Below are positions 10,058 to 18,878 of a stretch of DNA of 64,000 nt, one piece after another. The position numbers and the translations under genes were made by a program. The DNA is taken from positions 32,001 to 96,000 of IMG/VR virus record IMGVR_UViG_3300032117_000009; one strand, given 5' to 3'. Below the pieces are notes generated by a model. The model was not told the DNA's origin. It saw only the letters and a program-made list of their open reading frames with translations, and made no database searches. How positions within the stretch are numbered: the stretch's first letter is position 1; each line of letters starts with the position of its first letter. The stretch comes from a virus.

Positions 10058-11053
10058 TTACGACAATGTTACGGTAATGCCAGTGGTAGCTGGAAGGGTG
10101 ATCTGCATACCAGAAGTTAACATTGGTACGTAGTTTGAAAGTGTATTCCAAGCATAAACAGATCCTGCGCCTTGGGTTTGGCTAGAAGCAAGGAAAAAAC
10201 CACAAACATTGCCCCAAGATCCACCAGAAGTTGTAGATCCAGATGGGAAAGTAATAGCTGTTGTATAGTTTGTAGTTGACCCATACGTAGAAGATCCGCT
10301 TGTTGTTATAAATGGTGAAGGTGTTTGTGGAGCAGCAAATGCGCTAGATTGACTGTTTGTCACTGATTGTCTTGCATAGTTATTTGAGCTAGCAACTTCT
10401 GTTGCGTAATAACCTGATGTTGAAGATGCCAATGCAATTGTTGAACCAATGGGAAGAGTAGTTGCAAAAGAAGTAGAAGAAAATGATAACGTTGTAGCGC
10501 CAACATAATTAGAACCACTACCAGAATAAGTTGACCCTGATCCTGATACTGATGGTGTTCCTGTAGTAGTTACGTTCTGGGTAACTGCTCCATTTGGGCT
10601 AGTTATAGTAAGAACTGTGCCTGATGGCAATGCTGTAGTAAGTGGTGTTCCAGTTGCCTGGTTTGTTCCCTGAGCACAAGCAACAGAAGTTAAAGAACCA
10701 GTCCCAGAAGCAGAAGATAAAACACCAATTGTTCCATAAAAATATGGTGTTACTTCTTGCCACCAAGTGGTTGAACTTGTTGCATCCTGAGTTAGAGCAC
10801 CAGCTGTGGTATTAAAAGTGACAGTTCCAGAAGCTGCAGAACCAGACGTTGCTACACAACGATAAAGTTTATTTGTTGCAGCTGTAGAAAAGTTTGAAGG
10901 AATAACAAGATCCCCAACGTTATATGTTTGTGCTGAATAAATGCCTTTTGAAGAAGTAATAAGCCCTACATAATAAGTACTTGGGATACCAGATGTATTA
11001 GAACCAAATAATGCTTGAAGCATTTGCGGTTCTCCATATGAGGTCAAAGGCAT
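10058..11053 (-). CDS. Tail fibre-associated structural protein
   Basis: YYVGLITS...NNYARQSV...AITFP...SWGNVCGFFL motifs recalled from phage fibre-assembly proteins. Confidence 0.5.
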   Translation of the reverse strand: MPLTSYGEPQMLQALFGSNTSGIPSTYYVGLITSSKGIYSAQTYNVGDLVIPSNFSTAATNKLYRCVATSGSAASGTVTFNTTAGALTQDATSSTTWWQEVTPYFYGTIGVLSSASGTGSLTSVACAQGTNQATGTPLTTALPSGTVLTITSPNGAVTQNVTTTGTPSVSGSGSTYSGSGSNYVGATTLSFSSTSFATTLPIGSTIALASSTSGYYATEVASSNNYARQSVTNSQSSAFAAPQTPSPFITTSGSSTYGSTTNYTTAITFPSGSTTSGGSWGNVCGFFLASSQTQGAGSVYAWNTLSNYVPMLTSGMQITLPATTGITVTLS

Positions 11054-11065
11054 AATAATTTTCTC

Positions 11066-11683
11066 CTATTGGAATTGAACATCAATAATAAAATAAATAG
11101 AGTCCCCACTATTTAGTGTAAGACCTGTAAAATCTGCTTTTGCAAATAAACTGCCAGAAACAGATTGAACTACTGTAGAAGCTGCAATTGAACTAAGTGC
11201 TGTTGAACCGTTTACACCACGAGTAACTGTCCAGTTAACACCACTTATAGCTGTAACAGTCATAACTTCTGTTAAAATTTGAATGTTAAATGGAGTAGAT
11301 GGTATCGTACCAATGTTTCCAGAATTAGAAACCTGTATTGATGTTTGCACTGCACTAGTTATTTGAGTAGCAAGCGTTGTTTGGTAAGGTGATGTGGCAG
11401 AATCAAATAAACCAACATTTGTAATTGTTTCAGAAGATCCTGCAGTCAACGTTGCAACAACTTGGTAAGTATCCCCAGATGTTGTAGAAGTTACAGAAGA
11501 AGTAGTTCCTGCAGCTCTTCCATCTGCTATAACTTCATTAAACAATCCTTCATCTGAAGGAGCAGAAGTACCTGAACCTATACCCCATGCAATATATTTT
11601 GGCACAGAAGAAGGTGTAGCATAAGTATTTAATATTCTTTGTACTATGCCAGATCTACCTAATGTTGTAAGTGTAGCAGCCAT
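11066..11683 (-). CDS. Tail collar/fibre-type structural protein
   Basis: TLTTLGR...PKYIAWGIGS...DEGLFNEV...ITNVGLFD pattern typical of tail-collar fibre proteins. Confidence 0.5.
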   Translation of the reverse strand: MAATLTTLGRSGIVQRILNTYATPSSVPKYIAWGIGSGTSAPSDEGLFNEVIADGRAAGTTSSVTSTTSGDTYQVVATLTAGSSETITNVGLFDSATSPYQTTLATQITSAVQTSIQVSNSGNIGTIPSTPFNIQILTEVMTVTAISGVNWTVTRGVNGSTALSSIAASTVVQSVSGSLFAKADFTGLTLNSGDSIYFIIDVQFQ

Positions 11684-11833
11684 TTACTTCTTCTTAAATA
11701 ATTTTTTTATTTTGCCAAGAGTTGTATCAGAGCTAGACTCCCAGGAAGATACTATACCAAAGTCTTCCTGGGAGCCATTAGCCCTAACAATAATTGCTTT
11801 GACGTTAATTTTTTTAACGCCAGATAATTCCAT
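11684..11833 (-). CDS. Small protein (49 aa) MELSGVKKINVKAIIVRANGSQEDFGIV...
   Basis: Hand-translated; exactly fills the gap between 11837..13018 and 11066..11683; below the ORF-track cutoff. Confidence 0.65.
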   Translation of the reverse strand: MELSGVKKINVKAIIVRANGSQEDFGIVSSWESSSDTTLGKIKKLFKKK

Positions 11834-11836
11834 TTA

Positions 11837-13018
11837 CTAACCCTGCCAACGAGTTGTACGGTACTGACCAGTTTGTACTGGAAGAGCACCAACATTAGAA
11901 CCAGTTACAGTAATTGATGTACCAGACGCTGTAGCGTTGAAAGCATTTGTTGTTCCTGGCCAATAAGGAACATTTTGGCCCTGCACAGATGAAAGCACAA
12001 AACTAGTACCAGGAGTAACTGTTCCAACATAAGCATTTGTTGGAATGCCAGTTCCAGTTACAGGCTTGCCAAAATCAGCCCATGTAATGCTTACGTCGGC
12101 AACAGTTCCTGAACCAGAAGTTACAGTAGCCGTATCGGTTCTAGAATAAATTTGTGACTCAACAACTGATGTACGAATTTGGCGAACTTGCGTTTCAGCA
12201 CCATATACAGTAGCACCAGAATAACCAGTAGTTGCATTTGGATTATGAACAAGTGCATCTGTTACATATGTAGGAGCTTGATATGCAGAAAAAGCATTTG
12301 CTGATTCTGGGTAAGCAACGACAGCAGGTGATGACGAATAAGCAGTACCACTTGTTGTGTATGTATTCCATACAAGCGTTGTTGTGCCAGTAGTTGTTTG
12401 CAAAGTTGCATTAGCAGCAGTTGTTCCAACATAAAGGTTGAAAGACGAAGCTGTAGTAGGCTGCAAAACATTTGCAGTTTGATCTGTTATTGCAAACGAA
12501 ATTGAAGCAGATGTTGTTGCTACAGAAATAGATGTAGCTGGGCTTGAGAAAGACTCAACGCCATTACTAACCCTTGTTACGTAATAGTAATACGTAGTTG
12601 CTGAACCTGGGTTAATTCCAGGAGTTGCTGTTATTCCTGAATAAGAACCTGGAGGGGTTACGTTCGTAGTTGCTGCTGAAGAAACTTTGAATGCAGAAGT
12701 TGTAAGACCAGAAGATGAAACGGTAAAAGTACCATTCAAACTAGCAGCTGTTCCAGTAAACCCAGCAACAACTACTGTCTCACCAGCAGTAAATGTATTA
12801 GTAGCAGTAAATGTAAATGTATAATTACCTGAAGAACCAGTAACGCTTGCTGCAGTAATACTAACGCCTGTAGCTGAAGTAGCTGTAGTTGTTACTGAAG
12901 CTGGTGGCTTAAGCAGATAAACACCCTGCTCACCTTCCATAGCAGAAGCGCCACCCTTAGAATTAACTCTAATGGCAAGCTTTTCTGCAGATTCTGTTGC
13001 TACGTTATATGTTGTCAT
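11837..13018 (-). CDS. Thr/Ser/Ala-rich virion structural protein
   Basis: All-beta-like composition with an FN3-like segment TTYYYYVTRV...ESFSSP; structural context. Confidence 0.45.
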   Translation of the reverse strand: MTTYNVATESAEKLAIRVNSKGGASAMEGEQGVYLLKPPASVTTTATSATGVSITAASVTGSSGNYTFTFTATNTFTAGETVVVAGFTGTAASLNGTFTVSSSGLTTSAFKVSSAATTNVTPPGSYSGITATPGINPGSATTYYYYVTRVSNGVESFSSPATSISVATTSASISFAITDQTANVLQPTTASSFNLYVGTTAANATLQTTTGTTTLVWNTYTTSGTAYSSSPAVVAYPESANAFSAYQAPTYVTDALVHNPNATTGYSGATVYGAETQVRQIRTSVVESQIYSRTDTATVTSGSGTVADVSITWADFGKPVTGTGIPTNAYVGTVTPGTSFVLSSVQGQNVPYWPGTTNAFNATASGTSITVTGSNVGALPVQTGQYRTTRWQG

Positions 13019-13653
13019 CAGAAGCCTCTCTGTGTCGTGTTGTATTGACCGTTCTGGAAGACAATAGCCCCAGCCCAGTCCTTAGTGTTTACGTTTGTGT
13101 TCCAGCTGATAAGGTCACCGTTCTGAGCTGTGATCCATGGATTCCACATATTGTAAGCACCACTTATAGTGTTGTTATATGGATAGGCAGTTTCTACAGT
13201 ACCATTTGTAGTTTGACTAACACCATTTTGTGTAGTGTTGTTAATTACAAAAGTCGTATTGTTTGTGATCGAAGCAATTATAAATGTTCCGTTGAATACA
13301 GCAGGGATTGTACCCTGTATTGAAACTGATTGGCCTGCACTAAAAGGATTAGCTGAAGTAGTTGTCACTATCCATGTTGATCCGTTTGCTACAATTCCAG
13401 AAACGGCAATCGATGGAGTGAACTTAAGTGAACCATCTACAGAATCGGCTACAGCTTCCTGAACGGCCTCTACATAATCATCAGAGACTTCATCCTGAGC
13501 GACTTCATCAACTACAACCTCAGCCTCTACTGGAGCTTCAGCCTTTATTTCTTTTTTCTTAGAAGCCTTGGGAGAATCCTTGACTTCTTTTACATCCTTA
13601 GTTGTTTCGTCGCTCATCATTTCTCCTTTAGTAGCGTCGTGAAACTTCCCCAT
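13018..13653 (-). CDS. Virion structural protein; probable start 13620 or 13617
   Basis: GGAGAA Shine-Dalgarno at 13621-13626 precedes MMSDE; acidic/Lys-rich N-terminus plus a beta domain. Confidence 0.45.
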   Translation of the reverse strand: MGKFHDATKGEMMSDETTKDVKEVKDSPKASKKKEIKAEAPVEAEVVVDEVAQDEVSDDYVEAVQEAVADSVDGSLKFTPSIAVSGIVANGSTWIVTTTSANPFSAGQSVSIQGTIPAVFNGTFIIASITNNTTFVINNTTQNGVSQTTNGTVETAYPYNNTISGAYNMWNPWITAQNGDLISWNTNVNTKDWAGAIVFQNGQYNTTQRGF

Positions 13654-14176
13654 TCCAGACTTCTTCTGGAGTTAGGGATTTGCCAATTGGTTCTGCCTCA
13701 TCTGGGAGGTCCTTCTTGTAAAGACCATTTTCTTCAGAAGCATTAGGTCCTAAAAGCTTAGCCATACGATCATTATGATCTTCTACGTTGCTAGGCTCAT
13801 CTGTTAATTCTGGAATCCGCTCAGAAGCTTCTTCCTCTGTTAAAAATCGAATCTTGCCTCTTTGGGCTGCACGAAGAATATAAGGATCTCTTCGTAAATC
13901 TCCCTCTAAGGTCTGTACAGAACCGTGGTAACCATTTGGGGAAAGTAAGAACGATCCTTTGGGGCTATTGAACACTGTTCTGGCTGCAGTAAGGTTTTCA
14001 ATCCATTCTGCAGTCTGTACATCTGAAAAGGCTTTTGCGCTTGGTGGCACAATTGACTTTGCAGCTGCTAAATCTTGTGGGTCTGGCTTGTGATCTACAA
14101 ACTCTCCATCAAGAGAAGGAACTTCAACTGGGGTAGCTTCCCCACCGTCACTTCTTCTGGTAACTTGTCTTGACAT
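13628..14176 (-). CDS. Hypothetical head-module protein downstream of the major capsid gene
   Basis: ORF with SD (AAAGGA), directly after the capsid gene. Confidence 0.5.
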   Translation of the reverse strand: MSRQVTRRSDGGEATPVEVPSLDGEFVDHKPDPQDLAAAKSIVPPSAKAFSDVQTAEWIENLTAARTVFNSPKGSFLLSPNGYHGSVQTLEGDLRRDPYILRAAQRGKIRFLTEEEASERIPELTDEPSNVEDHNDRMAKLLGPNASEENGLYKKDLPDEAEPIGKSLTPEEVWNGEVSRRY

Positions 14177-14239
14177 TTTAATTTTCCTTTGCTTTCAAGG
14201 GATACGATATGTATCCTGAGCTAACTTTAAATACTAAGT

Positions 14240-14281
14240 GTTTGTGAGGGGCTAGAGCCAATCCCTAACCCCATCACAAAC
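14240..14281 (-). terminator. 16-bp stem-loop 3' of the major capsid gene (terminator or mRNA stabiliser)
   Basis: Plus strand GTTTGTGA-GGGGCTAG-[9 nt loop]-CTAACCCC-A-TCACAAAC, intergenic; no U-tract. Confidence 0.65.
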
Positions 14282-14299
14282 GGCAACGCACTCGTAAAA

Positions 14300-15307
14300 C
14301 TAGGCCTTGACGATCTTACCAAGACCACGAGGGTTAAGAACGATCTCAGAAACAAGCTCGTCCATGACCCAACCCTTGTGGAATTTCTCAGGGGTGTGGT
14401 TCTCTTCAACGTCAAGGGAGTACATGACAGGGAAGACACCGAGGAACTCAGGAGCAGGGGTCAGATAGACCGTACCCTGAGGAACCTCAATTGAACGCTG
14501 AACCTGGAAACCACCGAACTGGATGATGCGCTCACCGGCAACAACACGGTCCTTGAAAGCCCAACCAGTCTGGTTAATGTCCCACTTGTAAAGGTCACGG
14601 TAGTCGATTGGGTTCATCAGAAGGCGAGCAGCCTCAAGCTGGTGAACTTCGATCAGACCAACGAGGTCATACAGCGAGTCAGGAGTTACATAACCTGAAA
14701 GCTCATTGACGATGTGGGTTGGTGAAACAACGTGGTTAGGGTCAACAGCGTAGTTATTGATAGCAGCTTCAAGAACTGTGATCAGGCGAGCATCCTCTTG
14801 TTGCATGATAGCCTGCTTCGACATGTCTTGGGCATACTCTACGATGTTAACACGCAAGTACCAGAGGTCTTCCTTCTTAATCTGAGGGAAGGTGGCGATA
14901 CGGAACAAACGGACTGGAACTTTCTTACCTTCGAATGGGGTAACACGAACTTCACCCTCATTACCAGACAGAACGTAAGCCTGACCGTACTCGTCCAGAA
15001 CGTCATAGACAACTGGAACACCAGGGGTCAGTGGGTCCTCAAGAAGGACGTTACGGGTCATACCCTGGTAACGAAGCTTCAGCTGGATAGGACCAATCAT
15101 ACCCTGGCCCAAACGGACCATATAGTTGTCCTTGTCAGCAAGGATCTGCGACAGACGACGTTGCTTCTCTTCACGAGTAGCAGTAACACGGCCTGTAGCC
15201 TCCTTCAGACGACTACGAGCCTCAACAATGTCATTTACATAAGTATCTGACTTGCGAGCTACTCTAGGGCCAATACCGCCCTGATTTGAAGTTAGTGATG
15301 TAGACAT
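14300..15307 (-). CDS. Major capsid protein (HK97 fold, Bxz1/cluster C-like)
   Basis: RLGQGMIGPIQLKLRYQG...RNVLLED...GQAYVL.GNEGEVRVTPFEGK...FRIATFPQIKKEDL closely matches my recollection of the cluster C mycobacteriophage capsid protein; strong SD; strong codon bias. Confidence 0.9.
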   Translation of the reverse strand: MSTSLTSNQGGIGPRVARKSDTYVNDIVEARSRLKEATGRVTATREEKQRRLSQILADKDNYMVRLGQGMIGPIQLKLRYQGMTRNVLLEDPLTPGVPVVYDVLDEYGQAYVLSGNEGEVRVTPFEGKKVPVRLFRIATFPQIKKEDLWYLRVNIVEYAQDMSKQAIMQQEDARLITVLEAAINNYAVDPNHVVSPTHIVNELSGYVTPDSLYDLVGLIEVHQLEAARLLMNPIDYRDLYKWDINQTGWAFKDRVVAGERIIQFGGFQVQRSIEVPQGTVYLTPAPEFLGVFPVMYSLDVEENHTPEKFHKGWVMDELVSEIVLNPRGLGKIVKA

Positions 15308-15332
15308 TATATTTCTCCTTTAAGAAATTAAG

Positions 15333-15884
15333 TTACTGAGCGTTACCAGAAACTGTGCCGAGCGTGCCAATAGGTACAAGACGGATAACAATTTGTGTAG
15401 CGCCAAGAACATCAATAAGCTCAGCAACTGGAACGGCACCTGAAGCTTGGTCAGTGGTAAGCATACCCTTCTTGCTAGTACCAGTACCAGCGTAAAGGTA
15501 CTGACGACCACCATTGTTAGGCACTGTGTAACCAGCTGAAGCAGCTGTATCGAAAGCAGGAGCACCAATGGTGAAGAAGGCATTAGAGCCACCCAACCAT
15601 ACTGCTACTGAGTTCATACCAACCTGTGAAAGGTCATCGATGTTGGCATTACGGTCGAAAGCAGCAAGGCCAAATGGCTTAGCATAGGCTGTGCTTACGT
15701 TTGTAGCACCATCGTAAAGAGCAACCGTGTCAGCACCTGTGCGGTAAACAACCATGCCTGAGTAAATGTTACCAGTCTCGGCTGGGTCCAGGAAGGTGTT
15801 GTACGGGGTAGCCTCGTACTTTTCGTACAATGGTGTGCAAGTTCTGTGTACACCAACATTAGCAACGCTGTTAAGCTGTAGCAT
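15333..15884 (-). CDS. Capsid decoration/cement protein
   Basis: Immediately upstream of the capsid gene, same codon bias; IYSGMVV...KPFGLA...VAVWLGG pattern. Confidence 0.65.
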   Translation of the reverse strand: MLQLNSVANVGVHRTCTPLYEKYEATPYNTFLDPAETGNIYSGMVVYRTGADTVALYDGATNVSTAYAKPFGLAAFDRNANIDDLSQVGMNSVAVWLGGSNAFFTIGAPAFDTAASAGYTVPNNGGRQYLYAGTGTSKKGMLTTDQASGAVPVAELIDVLGATQIVIRLVPIGTLGTVSGNAQ

Positions 15885-15899
15885 GTTTTTCTCCTTTAA

Positions 15900-17522
15900 T
15901 TAAAGTGTGATGAGGTAATCGTCTTTTAATACATCTTGCTTCGAAACCGAAGCGGTTCTTGTGGTACGGCCCATCTCTGGAACACGGTTAGCCTTTGAGT
16001 TAGCAACTCGCATGGTTTGGCGTGTTTTTACCGCTCCGGTTCGCTCCATCGTGTCAAGAGTCATAATTACACCCTCAATCTTTGATGCAGACATTTTTTC
16101 ATACTGAGCAATGTGCTTAGCACGCTCATCTCTGTTAACCATGCCAAGTCGCTCAAGTCGATCTACAAGGTTAACGGCTTTCAGAAGGCCTTCACGATTA
16201 GAAGCAGTCTTTTCTCTTTCTACTTCTTCTTCTTCAGATTCCATCTCACGCTTTGATTCAGCATCAGACTTCTTCTTGTCATCCTTCTTATTATCCTTTT
16301 TCTTGTTCCTTTTAGCAACAGGCTGGTAAGGAGCAAAAGCTGGGTTTGTAGCATCACCAGGCCAAGGAGTCTTGTTCTCGCTTTGCTGCGGTACAAAACC
16401 AGTTGAAGCACCATCGTTGTAGTATGGTGGAACATCGGCAAGCTGAAGTTGGTTAGGCTGAAGGTTAGGTACAACTACATTGTCAATAAAATCAGGTGTC
16501 ATAACTTCTTGACGAGATTCTGTAACATCGTCAAGATCCTGCACTTGTGTTGGACGAGAAGTCTCTTGGTTACCATTAGTAGCCAGCTTGCCTTCTAATT
16601 GATCATGTACAGCCTTTAAATTGTCAATAACATTGGCAATCTTTACAGACTTGCCTTCCTTAAGGTGTTTGAAAATTATACCTAGTCTACGGTCAATAGC
16701 GTAAACTCGCTTGTCATTTTTAGCAGCAGACTTAATAGCATTGTGAGCAGCCCACATAGCCTTATCTACTTCCTCAACGCTACCTCGCTCAGCAAGACCC
16801 TTTGCAGCTTGACGAACAAATTTAGCAGCAGCACGCTCACCAATAGGTTGTTCCTCAGCATAAATATCAGGCTCAGCAACAACACGATTGTCACCAGGTC
16901 CACCCATAACATCCATAGCATCCAAATCTTGCACATTAATGTTGCGTGCAGGCATTACGTCCTTCCATTGTGAAGGCACTGGTGGTGGTGCCATTGATGA
17001 TAGACCTAATGGACCATCAAGGTACATGTTCGATACTTGATCGTACTGAACACCAGGTACCATAGCCTCTCTTTTACGAGGCCGTAGTTCTTTATCAAAC
17101 CGGCTCATATTAGCTCCTTGCCTTTGCTGTGTTACAGCATCTAGTTGTTGCATCCTTTGCAAATCTCTTAACTTAAGTAATTCTTGCTCAAGTTCATTAA
17201 TTCTTGTGCTAGGATCATTTTCCGCAGAACTTACATCAGATGCTTGATCTGCTTCTTGGTCTTCAACAGCTTGCTCTGGGTCTTCCTCTTCTTGTTGTTG
17301 TGGAGGCCCAGCACCTGCAGGCTGCGGTTCATATTGTGGATCACGACCTTTTTTATCAGTATCGGGATTTTGGAAATCTTCTGGTGGAGCTTCATAACCA
17401 CAAGAATCACAAAGCATTCCATCAAATTCGGAACCACATACAGGGCATTGAGATTCATCACGCATTGTGTCAACATCAGCTGGCAAACGCATGATCTCCT
17501 TTGATACCCTTAAATTAGGCAT
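15900..17522 (-). CDS. Capsid scaffolding protein with N-terminal Zn ribbon
   Basis: Lies between protease and capsid genes; CPVC...CDSC, long low-complexity and coiled-coil segments, helical C-terminus, KTAS/RTAS motifs. Confidence 0.7.
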   Translation of the reverse strand: MPNLRVSKEIMRLPADVDTMRDESQCPVCGSEFDGMLCDSCGYEAPPEDFQNPDTDKKGRDPQYEPQPAGAGPPQQQEEEDPEQAVEDQEADQASDVSSAENDPSTRINELEQELLKLRDLQRMQQLDAVTQQRQGANMSRFDKELRPRKREAMVPGVQYDQVSNMYLDGPLGLSSMAPPPVPSQWKDVMPARNINVQDLDAMDVMGGPGDNRVVAEPDIYAEEQPIGERAAAKFVRQAAKGLAERGSVEEVDKAMWAAHNAIKSAAKNDKRVYAIDRRLGIIFKHLKEGKSVKIANVIDNLKAVHDQLEGKLATNGNQETSRPTQVQDLDDVTESRQEVMTPDFIDNVVVPNLQPNQLQLADVPPYYNDGASTGFVPQQSENKTPWPGDATNPAFAPYQPVAKRNKKKDNKKDDKKKSDAESKREMESEEEEVEREKTASNREGLLKAVNLVDRLERLGMVNRDERAKHIAQYEKMSASKIEGVIMTLDTMERTGAVKTRQTMRVANSKANRVPEMGRTTRTASVSKQDVLKDDYLITL

Positions 17523-18174
17523 ATGGAACCATTTTCTTGTCTAGGAACCAGGCACTCTCATCTGCTGGGTCAAAAACACAGCTAAGTTCAAAGAAATTTG
17601 GATTGTGACAATTTTCCCAAACCAAAGCTTCTTTTCTGGAACCGTTCTTATAAATATCTAACCTCATGCCCTTCATATAAGGAAGGTGTTCGCAATAGTC
17701 ACGTTCGGTTTTAGCGTTATTGCCACATGCAGAACACGTAGTAGAGCCTACATCAGCACCCATGCTTACTCCAGGAATTTGACCACTCATAATTGCTTGG
17801 CCAAGTTTTGGAAAAGTATGAGAATCGATTTCCATCAAACAGTACACAGAACCATCTGTGTGCCCTGATGCAAGTCTTGTTTCTTTATAAAGAGCATCAA
17901 GCACAACTCCACGAGCCTCTTTTGGATCACTATTGTTGTGCTCTACAAAAACTGGACGACCTACAAAAGTTTTGTAAGCCTTTTTAAGTTCTCCTACTGG
18001 CCAGCCATCGTAATTAGCATTGACCCTAGAAGATATCGCCCTAGAAACTGCATAGAGATAGCCAGGACGCTCCTGGTAATCAAAATCCTTTAGTGTGATA
18101 GGATGAATTTTGACTTCCTCAGCTTTCTTGAGGAAGCCTCTACGTTCTAGAGTTGGTGCGCCGAATTTTATCAT
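17515..18174 (-). CDS. Prohead (maturation) protease, HK97/herpes assemblin fold, with Zn-finger insert
   Basis: Catalytic His in PVFVEHN, catalytic Ser in GVSMGA, C-terminal FFELSCVFDPA; CSAC...CEH insert. Confidence 0.85.
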   Translation of the reverse strand: MIKFGAPTLERRGFLKKAEEVKIHPITLKDFDYQERPGYLYAVSRAISSRVNANYDGWPVGELKKAYKTFVGRPVFVEHNNSDPKEARGVVLDALYKETRLASGHTDGSVYCLMEIDSHTFPKLGQAIMSGQIPGVSMGADVGSTTCSACGNNAKTERDYCEHLPYMKGMRLDIYKNGSRKEALVWENCHNPNFFELSCVFDPADESAWFLDKKMVPYA

Positions 18175-18235
18175 AATGATCTAACTCTAAATTTGAGTAA
18201 AGAGTTTAAATACATTCTTTTTGCAAAAGAAATAT

Positions 18236-18679
18236 TCAATGTTTATTTAAATTGACAGAATTCAAATGTCGTTCTAAACGATTGTCAATATCAATTATTT
18301 TTTTACTTAATTCTTCAAGTGTTTTGCCACTATTAGCAATAACTGGCATAACATCTGTACGCATAGTATTTACGTCACGATTTACAATTTTTACAGCATC
18401 TTTTAAAGATGAACCGGAATTATCTTGTACTTCATGCTCAAGTTTTTCAAGTGTGCTATCTTGTTTACAAAGGTGTTCCCGTATTTCTGTAAATTGATCA
18501 CGCATTGATGGGTATCCAACTTCTGGGACTCCCATAACTTGATCATGGATAGCTGATTGATTTTTTGCTATTTTAGCTATAGATCTTCCAACCCAAATAA
18601 GCAATGTGCCAAACGCAGTGGCAGTTGCATAAATCAAAATTGTTTCTAAAGTAGTATTGATAGATATAACAGATAACAT
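18236..18679 (-). CDS. Membrane protein (single N-terminal TM helix plus coiled coil; holin-like candidate)
   Basis: Hydrophobic ILIYATATAFGTLLIWVG followed by heptad-like helices. Confidence 0.4.
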   Translation of the reverse strand: MLSVISINTTLETILIYATATAFGTLLIWVGRSIAKIAKNQSAIHDQVMGVPEVGYPSMRDQFTEIREHLCKQDSTLEKLEHEVQDNSGSSLKDAVKIVNRDVNTMRTDVMPVIANSGKTLEELSKKIIDIDNRLERHLNSVNLNKH

Positions 18680-18680
18680 T

Positions 18681-18848
18681 TTAATCTTCGTATATTGAAT
18701 CAGTAAGGTCTAAACGATCAAGATTGCGAGCTGTACCTGATTCTTTTATTACTTCATACTTTTGTATATCAGTAGATAACGAAGTTATACCAGAAGACCT
18801 GGTATTTGCTGTTAACAATCTTGGTTTTGAATCTAATAGTCTGCTCAT
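18681..18848 (-). CDS. Small protein (55 aa) between portal and protease
   Basis: Hand-translated MSRLLDSKPRLLTANT...IKESGTARNLDRLDLTDSIYED with TAAGGA SD. Confidence 0.6.
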   Translation of the reverse strand: MSRLLDSKPRLLTANTRSSGITSLSTDIQKYEVIKESGTARNLDRLDLTDSIYED

Positions 18849-18878
18849 ATCATTCCTTATAATACTTAATAAAAAAAA

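Noticed and set aside
11738-11774. Perfect 12-bp hairpin (CTCCCAGGAAGA/TCTTCCTGGGAG) as a terminator
   Set aside because: It lies inside the plausible 49-aa gene 11684..11833 and has no U-tract. It may still affect mRNA processing, but a terminator call is not supported.
17490-17530. Programmed frameshift fusing protease and scaffold
   Set aside because: The 8-nt ATGCCTAA overlap is ordinary translational coupling, and no slippery heptamer or stimulatory structure is seen.
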